Positions 1 through 9,369 of a stretch of DNA of 54,191 bases are shown in pieces. Where the stretch lies: assembly GCA_964580235.1 (NCBI GenBank), contig CAZOJY010000007.1, forward strand, positions 1-54,191, given 5' to 3'. The stretch's first letter is position 1; every line of letters begins with the position of its first letter. The position numbers were made by a program, and so were the translations under genes. Under the pieces are notes generated by a model. That model ran no database searches. It saw only the letters and a program-made list of their open reading frames with translations, and was not told the origin of the DNA. The DNA is from an uncultured Eubacteriales bacterium. Its GTDB lineage: Bacteria; Acidobacteriota; Aminicenantia; Aminicenantales; Aminicenantaceae.

Positions 1-116
1 TGGTAGAGATTGGGAGTTAGCGAGCGCAGTTCCGAGCCGCCGAGAAGAGCAGTGACAATCCCGTCACTTTGGGACGATCTCTAATTTTTATTGAGTGGCT
101 TTTGAATGAGTTTTCG

Positions 117-145
117 TTGCGTTTTATCCGGAGACCAGGTATGAT
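117..145 (+). promoter_or_regulatory. Putative sigma70 promoter of the TauE gene
   Basis: TTGCGT (117-122), 17 bp spacer, TATGAT (140-145), 31 bp upstream of ATG 177. Confidence 0.5.
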
Positions 146-176
146 TTTTGTGAATTTTGATATTGAAGGATAGTGG

Positions 177-923
177 ATGGATTACTGGAACTTGTTGCTA
201 TTGTTTGGCGTCGGCTCGATAGCTGGATTCATCAACGTGAATGCCGGCGGCGGGTCCAGCCTTACACTGCCCACATTGATATTTATGGGCCTCGACGGCG
301 CTCTAGCTAACGGCACTAACCGCATCGCTATTTTTATCCAGAATATTTTTGCAGTCGCTTCCTTTGGAAAAAACAAGATGCACGAGTTCCGGACAAGTAC
401 AGAGCTTTCCCTGCTCACCCTTCCTGGCGCAATCCTGGGGGCAATCCTGGCCGTAAGAATCAGCAGCGAATTGTTCGAGCAAATTTTGGGGGGAGTATTG
501 ATCGTTATCGTAATATCCCTTTTATTTTCACACTCTTACAAAGAAAGGAATCCAGGGCAAAAGGAACAGAGGAGTTGGTGGATATATCCCGCTCTGTTGG
601 GGATCGGATTTTACGGTGGATTTCTCCAGATTGGTGTGGGTTTTTTGTTTATGGCTTCTCTCTATCATCTTCTCCGCGTCGATCTGATAACAGTCAACAT
701 GCACAAGGTGTTTATTATTCTGATCTACACTTTGCCTGCATTGTTGATATTCACATTGAGTGGAAATGTAAATTGGAAATATGGCCTTGCCCTTGCTGCT
801 GGGAATGCTTTTGGAGGCTGGTGGGGCGTTCACGTGGCGGTTAAGGGAGGCGAGAGAGTCATCCGTATCATTCTGGCCGTCGCAATCAGCATAATGGCCC
901 TCAGGCTCTTCGGACTTTTCTAG
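177..923 (+). CDS. Sulfite exporter TauE/SafE (TSUP) family membrane protein
   Basis: 248 aa, very hydrophobic; N-terminal GxxAGFINxxAGGGS motif and second-half GFYGGFLQIGVG repeat typical of TSUP. Confidence 0.88.
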   Translation: MDYWNLLLLFGVGSIAGFINVNAGGGSSLTLPTLIFMGLDGALANGTNRIAIFIQNIFAVASFGKNKMHEFRTSTELSLLTLPGAILGAILAVRISSELFEQILGGVLIVIVISLLFSHSYKERNPGQKEQRSWWIYPALLGIGFYGGFLQIGVGFLFMASLYHLLRVDLITVNMHKVFIILIYTLPALLIFTLSGNVNWKYGLALAAGNAFGGWWGVHVAVKGGERVIRIILAVAISIMALRLFGLF

Positions 924-947
924 GCCGGTGATTCGCTGGCGAATTTC

Positions 948-976
948 TTGACAAATTCCTTTCCGAAACATATTCT
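948..976 (+). promoter_or_regulatory. Putative sigma70 promoter directly upstream of sdhA
   Basis: Perfect TTGACA (948-953), 17 bp spacer, TATTCT (971-976); GAAAGGA SD before the TTG start at 1009. Confidence 0.6.
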
Positions 977-1008
977 ATAAAAACTTAGCACAGGAAAGGA
1001 TATATTTC

Positions 1009-2745
1009 TTGATTCACGAATACGATGTGGTCATTATAGGAGCCGGAGGTGCTGGGCTGTATTCGGCCTTAGAGGCCAGCAAAAAGGCAAAAACAGCAGT
1101 CATCTCAAAACTCTACCCGATTCGCTCTCACACGGGTGCAGCCCAAGGGGGAATCGGTGCGGCCCTCGGGAACGTAGAAGAGGATAAACCGGAATGGCAT
1201 GCCTTTGACACTGTCAAAGGCGGGGACTATCTCACGGACCAAAAAGCAGCCTGTCTATTAGCCGAAGAGGCTGTTCAAGCTGTGTATGATCTAGAAAACC
1301 GGGGCCTCCCTTTCAGTCGCACACCAGAAGGGCGAATCGACCAGAGGCGTTTTGGAGGACATACCCGAAATTTCGGGGAAGCCCCAGTCCGCAGAGCCTG
1401 CTATGCGGCAGATCGGACTGGCCATATGATCCTACAAACCCTCTATCAGCAATGCATTAAAAACAATGTGTCCTTTTTTGACGAATTTCATGTCATAGAT
1501 GTTTTAATCGAAGGGCACAAATGTGCTGGACTTATTGTTATCGAACTGGCCACCGGTGAACTCCACATCTTCAGAGCCAAAGCTGTGCTGTTTGCTACTG
1601 GAGGCTTTGGACGTATGTTTCGGATAACCTCCAATGCCCATGCGAATACCGGCGACGGGCCAGCTCTGGTTGCTCGAAGGAATGTTCCTCTGGAAGACAT
1701 GGAGTTCTTTCAGTTTCATCCGACAGGTATCCGAAACATGGGAATCCTAATCACAGAAGGAGTTCGGGGTGAAGGCGGCATATTGAGAAACAATAAAAAT
1801 GAACAGTTCATGGAACGCTATGCTCCCAAACTCCTGGACCTGGCTCCCCGTGATATGATTGCCCGCGCCATCGTCACAGAAATCCGGGCTGGACATGGAA
1901 TCAAAGGGGATGCATCCATTAATGATTATGTGTATCTGGATGCCACTCACTTGGGAAAAGCTGTTATCGAAGCAAAGCTGCCAGAAATCGCAGACTTTTC
2001 CCGCACATACTTGGGGATCGACCCAGCAGACAATCCCATGCCCGTCCACCCCACAGCTCATTATGCCATGGGCGGAATTCCCACTGACGTGCATGGAAGG
2101 GTGTTAGCCGACGGTTCTGGAAGACTTTATGAGGGTTTGTATGCCGCCGGAGAATGTGCCTGCGTTTCTGTCCACGGAGCAAACCGCTTGGGCACAAACA
2201 GTCTTGTGGATTTAATCGTTTTCGGCCGCCGGGCTGGACTTCACATCGCCAATTTTGTAAAAAATGCTGATTTTATTTCCGTTCCAAAAAACGCCGCGGA
2301 ATCGGCACAAAAAATATTGGATCGACTTTTGGATGGAAAACATGGTCCGCAACCAGGCATGATAAGAAAAACCATGCAGGACCTGATGATGCAAAACATC
2401 GGGATTTACCGGAATAGCAAAGAGATGGCCGAAACTGTTCAAAAACTGGGAGAGCTGCGGCAGGAATACAAAGAAGTCAGGGTGAAAGATCACAACAAAT
2501 CTTTTAACACAAATCTTCTCGATATCCTGGAACTTGGAAATCTCCTGGACCTTGCTTATATTACAGCCGCGTGTGCCCTTAACCGCACCGAAAGCCGGGG
2601 TGCACACGCCCGAGAAGATTACCCTCAGAGGGATGACGCAAACTGGCTAAAGCATACTTTTGCGTGGTTGATAGAGGATAGAGTGGAGATTGACTATTCG
2701 CCAGTGGATGTGTCTGTGTGGGAGCCAAAGCCAAGAAAATATTAG
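1009..2745 (+). CDS. sdhA: Succinate dehydrogenase/fumarate reductase flavoprotein subunit
   Basis: GAGGAG FAD motif, SHTGAAQGG (covalent-FAD His), [35 protein letters not shown]; followed by an Fe-S subunit. Confidence 0.95.
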   Translation: MIHEYDVVIIGAGGAGLYSALEASKKAKTAVISKLYPIRSHTGAAQGGIGAALGNVEEDKPEWHAFDTVKGGDYLTDQKAACLLAEEAVQAVYDLENRGLPFSRTPEGRIDQRRFGGHTRNFGEAPVRRACYAADRTGHMILQTLYQQCIKNNVSFFDEFHVIDVLIEGHKCAGLIVIELATGELHIFRAKAVLFATGGFGRMFRITSNAHANTGDGPALVARRNVPLEDMEFFQFHPTGIRNMGILITEGVRGEGGILRNNKNEQFMERYAPKLLDLAPRDMIARAIVTEIRAGHGIKGDASINDYVYLDATHLGKAVIEAKLPEIADFSRTYLGIDPADNPMPVHPTAHYAMGGIPTDVHGRVLADGSGRLYEGLYAAGECACVSVHGANRLGTNSLVDLIVFGRRAGLHIANFVKNADFISVPKNAAESAQKILDRLLDGKHGPQPGMIRKTMQDLMMQNIGIYRNSKEMAETVQKLGELRQEYKEVRVKDHNKSFNTNLLDILELGNLLDLAYITAACALNRTESRGAHAREDYPQRDDANWLKHTFAWLIEDRVEIDYSPVDVSVWEPKPRKY

Positions 2746-2757
2746 TGAAGGAATCCG

Positions 2758-3486
2758 ATGAAAATTCATCTCGACATTCAGCGTTTTAATCCTGAAAAAG
2801 ATAAGGAGCCGACTTTCCAGAAATACGAAGTTGAGGTCAATCCAACAGACCGCTTGCTGGATGCCTTGATGAAAATAAAAAATGGCGAAGACCCCACACT
2901 GGGATTTCGCAAAAGCTGTGCTCATGGTGTCTGCGGCTCGGATGCAATGGTTATAAACGGAAAAGAGGGGCTAGCTTGCAAGACATTGATCAAGGATGCT
3001 GTCGATAAAGATGGAGCCACTGTAAAAGTGCAACCTCTCCGAACCTTACCAGTCCAACGAGATCTGATGGTGAATCAATCCTCTTTTTTCCAAAATTACC
3101 GGCAGGTGAAACCTTATCAAATCAATCCCGCCCAGGTCCAAGAAAAAGAAAGGATTCAAACCCCTGAGAAAAGAAAACAATTCGATGATGCCACCAGGTG
3201 CATTCTTTGCGCAGCCTGCTTTTCAGCCTGTCCGGTCAAGCAGGAGGTGAATCCGAATTTCCTCGGACCAGCAGCAATCGTGCAAGCCTCCCGTTTTATC
3301 GAAGATGACCGGGACAAAGGAATCGAAGAGAGACTTCCCAGCTTGGACTATCCCGACGGCATATGGCCCTGCGAAAACCGATTCGAATGCACCCGTGTGT
3401 GCCCGCGAAAGATCAAAGTAACAAAACTGATCAATCTCATCAAAAGAAAAATCACTGAATTCCGAAAAGACAGGGGAAAAACATGA
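2758..3486 (+). CDS. sdhB: Succinate dehydrogenase/fumarate reductase iron-sulfur subunit
   Basis: SCAHGVCGSDAM..C [2Fe-2S], CILCAACFSACP [4Fe-4S], CENRFECTRVCP [3Fe-4S]. Confidence 0.95.
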   Translation: MKIHLDIQRFNPEKDKEPTFQKYEVEVNPTDRLLDALMKIKNGEDPTLGFRKSCAHGVCGSDAMVINGKEGLACKTLIKDAVDKDGATVKVQPLRTLPVQRDLMVNQSSFFQNYRQVKPYQINPAQVQEKERIQTPEKRKQFDDATRCILCAACFSACPVKQEVNPNFLGPAAIVQASRFIEDDRDKGIEERLPSLDYPDGIWPCENRFECTRVCPRKIKVTKLINLIKRKITEFRKDRGKT

Positions 3487-3579
3487 TCATGGCGTTAAAG
3501 ATCCGAATTAGAGCGGAGGACATCTCTGATGGCAAAGAAACACATTGAAAATTGCACAGAAAGAGAATTAGCTGTCAGC

Positions 3580-5085
3580 TTATTTCTTGAGTGCCGATTT
3601 TAGTGCAATAGAATCCTTCATTTCCTGCAAATTTTTGGTCAGATTCCACCATCCGTTTTTGAACGCGGCATAATCCGGCCCCATCATGGCTGATGCATAC
3701 CGCACAGAATTGGCATAAAACAGCCACTGTGACATCCATTTCTGTTCAATGTTCTCATCAAAGAGATTAGACTGATCTGCCAACCCATTTTTCCACGCTT
3801 GAAGCATCAATTTTGTTGCCGCTTCCACCATCCGGTCCGCCTCCTTTAGAGTGAACTCAAATTTTTCGAAATGGCCGCTGACCAAGCTGGGACCGTGGCA
3901 GGCAGAACAGACTTTAGACATCTTTTGCTTTCGACTTTCTTGCGCTTCTTCTGTCAGTAAAAATTCTTCAGCTGCTTCTCCCGAAAAAGTTGTGGGCAAA
4001 GGAAGCCCATCCTTATTTTTAATCACGAAGGTCTGACCACTTTTTGGCTGGGGATGGGAATAAATCAGACCGAATATTCTGACCCATAGTCTGGCTCCGA
4101 AGTCATGACTTCGCTCGGCGACAACATCGCCCTCCGTGTTTACCAGAAGACTGTTGTGGCAGGCCGCACAAGTGGGTGCTGTGAAATCCTTTCCGATAAC
4201 CCAAGGGATGTGGTTCCAATCCCACTCCGTACTTTTTGCATGAAATATATTGCCGTGCTTGCTCTCTCTATACACATTCCAGGCGGGAACATCAGGCTCC
4301 AAATGGCATTGGGAGCACGTGCCGGGCTTCCGGGCAATTTCGATGGAAAAACTGTGTCTGGGATGACAGGCCGTACACGCACCGGCTGTCCCATCCGGAT
4401 TGATCCGTCCTACACCATGATTCGGCCAGTTGGACAGATCAGGCACTTCGATCTCTCCAAGCTCAGTCTCCAACGTGCGTAAACCTCTGACTTGCACCTG
4501 AGTGCCATGACAAGCATAGCAGGTCTCGGCTTTAGCCGCCGGCGAAGAGTCGCGCTGCAAGACGCTCCCCTCCCGGACGTCTTTGACACTTGTAATAGTC
4601 TCAACAAGAGTATGGTAAACGGGGTTCTTTTTGAGGTTGAAATAGGCGTTTGCTTTTTTGCTGGGGAGATACTGTTTTACCTCATCTAGATGGCACGTCG
4701 CACAGTCCTTTGGAGATACAACCAGATTGATTCGGTAATCAAAATGTTCAAAATTATCCTTATGGTTTTGGGCGTTCAGGCTGTGGCACTCATAACATCC
4801 AACCGCATTAGTCCTCAGGTTATCCGGAACAGATGGACTTGATACTTCCCTTTCCAAAGCCGGCTTCTTCATCGATTCCGCAGGTATTCCATGTGCATGC
4901 GCGCTCGTCATCCAGTCCTCGACAATGCCTGGAGTATAGACACGGTGGCACTCCAAACATTCCTCAGTTTGTTCACTCAAAGAAGGTAAGGATTCGGTGG
5001 CCTCCTGTGTGGCAACTTTCCCCCAAAACATGAGAACGAACAGAAAAATCAGAGAAAGATGAACGACCAAGATTTTTCTCTTCAT
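3580..5085 (-). CDS. Octaheme cytochrome c, hydroxylamine oxidoreductase (HAO)-like family, exported
   Basis: Signal peptide; eight CxxCH motifs (CLECH, CYECH, CATCH, CYACH, CTACH, CSQCH, CAACH, CSACH); C-terminal helical part with MGPDY..GW. Confidence 0.85.
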   Translation of the reverse strand: MKRKILVVHLSLIFLFVLMFWGKVATQEATESLPSLSEQTEECLECHRVYTPGIVEDWMTSAHAHGIPAESMKKPALEREVSSPSVPDNLRTNAVGCYECHSLNAQNHKDNFEHFDYRINLVVSPKDCATCHLDEVKQYLPSKKANAYFNLKKNPVYHTLVETITSVKDVREGSVLQRDSSPAAKAETCYACHGTQVQVRGLRTLETELGEIEVPDLSNWPNHGVGRINPDGTAGACTACHPRHSFSIEIARKPGTCSQCHLEPDVPAWNVYRESKHGNIFHAKSTEWDWNHIPWVIGKDFTAPTCAACHNSLLVNTEGDVVAERSHDFGARLWVRIFGLIYSHPQPKSGQTFVIKNKDGLPLPTTFSGEAAEEFLLTEEAQESRKQKMSKVCSACHGPSLVSGHFEKFEFTLKEADRMVEAATKLMLQAWKNGLADQSNLFDENIEQKWMSQWLFYANSVRYASAMMGPDYAAFKNGWWNLTKNLQEMKDSIALKSALKK

Positions 5086-5126
5086 CGGGAACTCAAAGCC
5101 TTACGGTCTGAATTATGGACATACAT
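5082..5126 (-). CDS. Putative 14-aa leader ORF (MYVHNSDRKALSSR) whose stop overlaps the octaheme start codon
   Basis: GGAAGGAGG SD before ATG 5126; TGA 5084-5082 overlaps ATG 5085 (ATGA); the octaheme ATG has no SD of its own. Confidence 0.35.
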   Translation of the reverse strand: MYVHNSDRKALSSR

Positions 5127-5200
5127 CGTTACCTCCTTCCATTCGCTTTTACCACATGAAAGGAAGAAGGTCAAAACAAATACACGGGCTAAAAAGACGT

Positions 5201-8200
5201 TTAGAATCCCGGCATGATCGTGAACTGGAACACCCAGTTTTTGTTTGGCCTGTTGAAAGGCTTCACAGCATTAAATCCCATAATCAGGTATCCAAACAGA
5301 TTCATCCGGAGTCCGATGCCAGCACTTGTTAAAGGTTTGCGATTGCCACCCAAAAAAAATGGTTTATTTTCTGTGTCACCCTCAATTTCATATCCCCAAG
5401 CAATCCCGGCATCATAGAAGGCCACAAAATCCAACGGGAGAATGCCATAATATCCCCTGCCCAAACCGAGAACCCCAAATAGAGGAAATCGGAGTTCTAC
5501 ATTGGCGACGGCCATCTTGCTGCCGAATAGCTGCGCATAAACATCATTTTCGCTAAAACCAAAAGAAGATGAATTGTATCCCCTAAGCAGAGTTTCATAG
5601 CCTAAAAACAAGGGATAAAAACGGCTGTCTGTGGCATTATTGCCATAACGGCCATAATGCATAATGCGGAAAGCCAAAGTAAACGGCCGCACGGGCATGA
5701 AGTACCGTCGGTAATCTGCAAGAATCGAGGAAAAATTCAAATTGCCGCCAAAATAGGGCGTAAATTCGAGACGATAGCTCTGCCCCAGGATAGGTGCTGT
5801 GGCTCCGAAGAACGAGCTGTCATACACATAAGCTGCCGTGAAAAATCCGTAATACAGACTTTCCGGAGCATCCAATTCCTGTTTGTATTCATCCATAAAA
5901 AATCCCTCAACTGTATAAGCACGGGTGCGAACTTCTTGCTGGTAATCGATTAGCCGGTAGCCCGCTGACAGCTCGAACCGGCGGGATTGATTAAAAGGAT
6001 AAAAGGCAAAAATCGAGGCTTGATAATTGACCTGGCGAAAAATAAATTCTTCCTCGAGGAGAGCCACCTGGCCGAAGAAATCCCCGTATCCCACCGAATA
6101 TCCTCCGTACACATAAGGTATCCGCTGTACAACAGCTCCCCAATTCAATCTGCTCTTGGTATTTTGATATCCGGCTAAAAGGGCTGAATCCTCAACTCGG
6201 CTGTTTATCTGAGCCATGGTGAACACATTATGATAGCCAAGCATGTCGCTGAAGTTCAGCGTAATTCCGCCCCCTGCGTAGGTCCCAAACCGGTCTGTGC
6301 CTACGGCCATCTGAGCAGGGCTGACATAATCCAGAGCCAGCTTGGGCTTGTAATCCGAAACTTCAAAATCAGATTCTTCAGGCAATCCGTACATCGGATT
6401 GTTGAGAAGGGCCAGAACCTCTCCCTCGCTCTTTTTTCTCGGGGGAAGCAAAGATGGCGAGATATCTCCGAAATCACCGTTAGGCTTTTCTCCGGATAGA
6501 AGTTCAAGAGAATCGATAACATAGATGCTGTAGTTATCCTCCTGGTAGACGCTGTAAGCCATTTGGCCGGTCTTTTGTGCGACGGATAAGGCAGGGCTCT
6601 CGGCCGTGATCCCGCTCACACCTGTGTAAAGATTGGTCACCTGTGAAATCTCCTCGCTGGCAAGATCGATTCTGTACACATCTGGTATGCCGCTGCGATC
6701 GGAAAGAAAAAACAGGCTTTTTGAATCAGGAGCCCATTGGGGATTGATATGATTCGCTCCGAGGAATCCATGAATCTGCTCGATCTCGCCCGAGCGGGGG
6801 TCCAGAAGGGCCATCTGAAAGTCCCCAATATTGAGGAGAGAAAGATCCGTCGAGAAACGGTCTGTAACAAAAGCAATGGTTCGGCCATCAGGAGACCAGG
6901 ATGGATAAAGGTCGGAAAATGGATCATCTGTGAGTTTTCTAAGTTCTTCCGTTTCCAGATCAAACAAATAAATGTCTGATAATCCGCCATCAAGGGCTGA
7001 AAAAGCGATAAAGCGCCCCTCGGGAGACCAAGTTGGATTCAGAATCTCTCCTAGGTGTCCGAAAATTATCTCCTTTTCCCTCTTCCCGGTATCTGCATTG
7101 ACAATCACAAGCACAGGCTCACCTTTGGTAATCGCGCCAAAAACAAAATGCCTTCCCTCTGAATCCCAGGAACCAGAGGATTTTATGAACTGTAAACTTT
7201 CAAAATGCGGATTTGCGGCCGTCTTTATCAGCTTTCGAATGGTCCTTCCTGTTTTTGCATCAGCCAAATACATATCGATCGAAAACAGATCCCGGCTGCT
7301 GAGATAAACGACTTTGCTCCCATCCGGGCTGAGCATCGGAGACACATTATACCTGTTCTCTTCAGTCCCTTTAAAAAGAGGACGGCTGCCTCTTTCGACA
7401 AGCTGTGTGTGTTTGGCAATGGGCTCATATGCCTCATTCATAGCCTGGTGCCATTGCTTTGTCAGTGCTTCGAAATTCACGTTCAGCACCTTTTTCATCG
7501 CGGATTCCAGCTCCCCTACCCGGCTAACCTGTTTCAGCAGGGAAGGGACAGCCTCATCCCCCCATTTCCCAGTGATATAAGCCCAGAGGGACTGACCATA
7601 TCTGTACGGAAAATACTTATAGGGATCATCGAGTTTTTTGATTGTCGGGAGTTCTTTCCTCTGAGTGACATCCCTCATCCACATAGCAGTGTTTGGGTCA
7701 ACCGAACCGATGGACAGATATTCGGCCAGCCCTTCGACAAACCACAACGGAATACGCGCAATCCCCGGGTTGGCTCCGCCATAGCTGGATTGTCCCTGCG
7801 AGGTCATATCATACTGGAATGCGTGGACAAGTTCGTGCCCGATCACACGATCCGTCGAATCCAGAGAGCCCGTGACTGGCAGGATAATCCGCCTCTTGAA
7901 TGACTCGGTCACACCTCCTGTCCCTTCTCCGATAAATCCGGGGATAGCGGCCGTCTGTTGAAAATCAGAAGAACTCGCATAAAGAATCAAAGGCTGACGC
8001 CCTTTGAGTTTATGATTGAGCAGACGTGACAGGCGGGCATGCCATCTTTCTGCCATCCGGGCGGCCTGTGTTGCCGCTTTTTCCATTTCAGGATAAAAAT
8101 AGACATCAAAGTGCTGTGTCTTCAAGATTTTAAAATCGAACTTGTCATACTGCACCTTATTCCGTCCAAAATACTGGGCATGAGCAACAGACGCTGTTGA

Positions 8201-8263
8201 TGCTATTCCTAAAGAAATTATTGTCAATATCGCGAAAAATCGTGAAACATAACGGGCAAACAT
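5201..8263 (-). CDS. Outer-membrane protein: N-terminal HExxH peptidase-like domain + PD40/TolB-like propeller + C-terminal BamA/TamA (Omp85) beta-barrel
   Basis: Start moved to ATG 8263 (GGAGG SD); signal peptide; GHELVH; repeated PxWSPDG; barrel motifs LRGY, NVELRFP, GIGLR and C-terminal F. Confidence 0.85.
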   Translation of the reverse strand: MFARYVSRFFAILTIISLGIASTASVAHAQYFGRNKVQYDKFDFKILKTQHFDVYFYPEMEKAATQAARMAERWHARLSRLLNHKLKGRQPLILYASSSDFQQTAAIPGFIGEGTGGVTESFKRRIILPVTGSLDSTDRVIGHELVHAFQYDMTSQGQSSYGGANPGIARIPLWFVEGLAEYLSIGSVDPNTAMWMRDVTQRKELPTIKKLDDPYKYFPYRYGQSLWAYITGKWGDEAVPSLLKQVSRVGELESAMKKVLNVNFEALTKQWHQAMNEAYEPIAKHTQLVERGSRPLFKGTEENRYNVSPMLSPDGSKVVYLSSRDLFSIDMYLADAKTGRTIRKLIKTAANPHFESLQFIKSSGSWDSEGRHFVFGAITKGEPVLVIVNADTGKREKEIIFGHLGEILNPTWSPEGRFIAFSALDGGLSDIYLFDLETEELRKLTDDPFSDLYPSWSPDGRTIAFVTDRFSTDLSLLNIGDFQMALLDPRSGEIEQIHGFLGANHINPQWAPDSKSLFFLSDRSGIPDVYRIDLASEEISQVTNLYTGVSGITAESPALSVAQKTGQMAYSVYQEDNYSIYVIDSLELLSGEKPNGDFGDISPSLLPPRKKSEGEVLALLNNPMYGLPEESDFEVSDYKPKLALDYVSPAQMAVGTDRFGTYAGGGITLNFSDMLGYHNVFTMAQINSRVEDSALLAGYQNTKSRLNWGAVVQRIPYVYGGYSVGYGDFFGQVALLEEEFIFRQVNYQASIFAFYPFNQSRRFELSAGYRLIDYQQEVRTRAYTVEGFFMDEYKQELDAPESLYYGFFTAAYVYDSSFFGATAPILGQSYRLEFTPYFGGNLNFSSILADYRRYFMPVRPFTLAFRIMHYGRYGNNATDSRFYPLFLGYETLLRGYNSSSFGFSENDVYAQLFGSKMAVANVELRFPLFGVLGLGRGYYGILPLDFVAFYDAGIAWGYEIEGDTENKPFFLGGNRKPLTSAGIGLRMNLFGYLIMGFNAVKPFNRPNKNWVFQFTIMPGF

Positions 8264-8611
8264 TTTGTCCCTCCAAAATTTATGTGATTTCAATCTCTCA
8301 TCCGAATCAATTTCCTACTAATCCCACATGTTTTATAACAATTATTCATGCGGAAACGTTGCAAAATCGGTTGGTATCGTATTTTCTTCATCATTATTAG
8401 ACAATATATACATGATAATCCATTCCATGCAGACGTTCAATGAAAGCCTTTTAACTTTTGAGTCCAATGCAAAAAACATGCCAAATAGTTCCTCCTCTTT
8501 TTTCTGATAAGCGGAAATAAAGGTGTGTATGGATTTCAGGTCATCTGTCCTTAAAAAAATTCATTTGAAAAAACTGAGTATTGATGTAAAATTCTTCTGC
8601 CACAAGAGATC

Positions 8612-9352
8612 ATGAAAACATTGATTACACTGAAGCTTGCGTCTTTGTTTTTTGTTTTAACGCTTGTCATGGCTTCCGGCTCTGTTAATCTAGCACAGGA
8701 AAACACGCCACTTCTTTTTAAAATCACCGAGCTCAAGAATGGTCTGAAGCTGCGATACAGTCTTTATCTTCCACGGCAATTTTCCCCTTCAGAATCCTAT
8801 CCGTTGGCGGTTGCCCTCCACTACGGCGGTAAGGTCACGCCATTTTTCAGCAAAGACTTCATGACCTCCCTTGTAGCACCTGCCCTCCAGGATCTGGGGG
8901 CCATCATTGTCGCGCCGGATTGTCCTGCACGGGAATGGACAAATTCCGTTAGCGAAGCGGCTGTCCTGGAATTAATCCTTATTGTGATGGAGGAGTATAA
9001 TATCGACCCCGACCGAATACTGATCCTGGGATACAGCATGGGAGGACTGGGCACGTGGTACATGGCTGCCCGACATCCCGATCTTTTTTCTGCAGCCATT
9101 CCAATCTCCGCGCCCGGCAATCTGGATTCAATGCCTGTTTTGAAAGATGTCCCTCTATATATCATCCACGGAGAACAGGACGAGCTCTTTTCTTTCGCTG
9201 GGGTGAAAAAACTTTATCAAAAGCAAGAAGCTGCCGGGGCCGAGATCGAATTGAAAATCATCAAAGGCGCAAGCCATAACCAGCTGCACCGGTTCATCAC
9301 GCCCCTTAAAGCCACGATTCCCTGGATCAGGAAAGTCTGGGAAGAACGATAA
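8612..9352 (+). CDS. Secreted alpha/beta-hydrolase (predicted peptidase/esterase)
   Basis: Signal peptide; GYSMGG nucleophile elbow, HGEQD acid, late His (ASHN). Confidence 0.8.
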   Translation: MKTLITLKLASLFFVLTLVMASGSVNLAQENTPLLFKITELKNGLKLRYSLYLPRQFSPSESYPLAVALHYGGKVTPFFSKDFMTSLVAPALQDLGAIIVAPDCPAREWTNSVSEAAVLELILIVMEEYNIDPDRILILGYSMGGLGTWYMAARHPDLFSAAIPISAPGNLDSMPVLKDVPLYIIHGEQDELFSFAGVKKLYQKQEAAGAEIELKIIKGASHNQLHRFITPLKATIPWIRKVWEER

Positions 9353-9369
9353 ATGAAAAACATAAGCTG

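Noticed and set aside
4-83. TAGAGAT/ATCTCTA outer repeat and AGTGAC/GTCACT hairpin at the window start, considered as an ncRNA or terminator
   Set aside because: Stems are only 6-7 bp, the U-tract is short, I recognise no RNA family, and the left context is cut off
1009-2745. Flavoprotein read as L-aspartate oxidase NadB
   Set aside because: It has the covalent-FAD SHT motif and a complete SdhB-type Fe-S partner downstream
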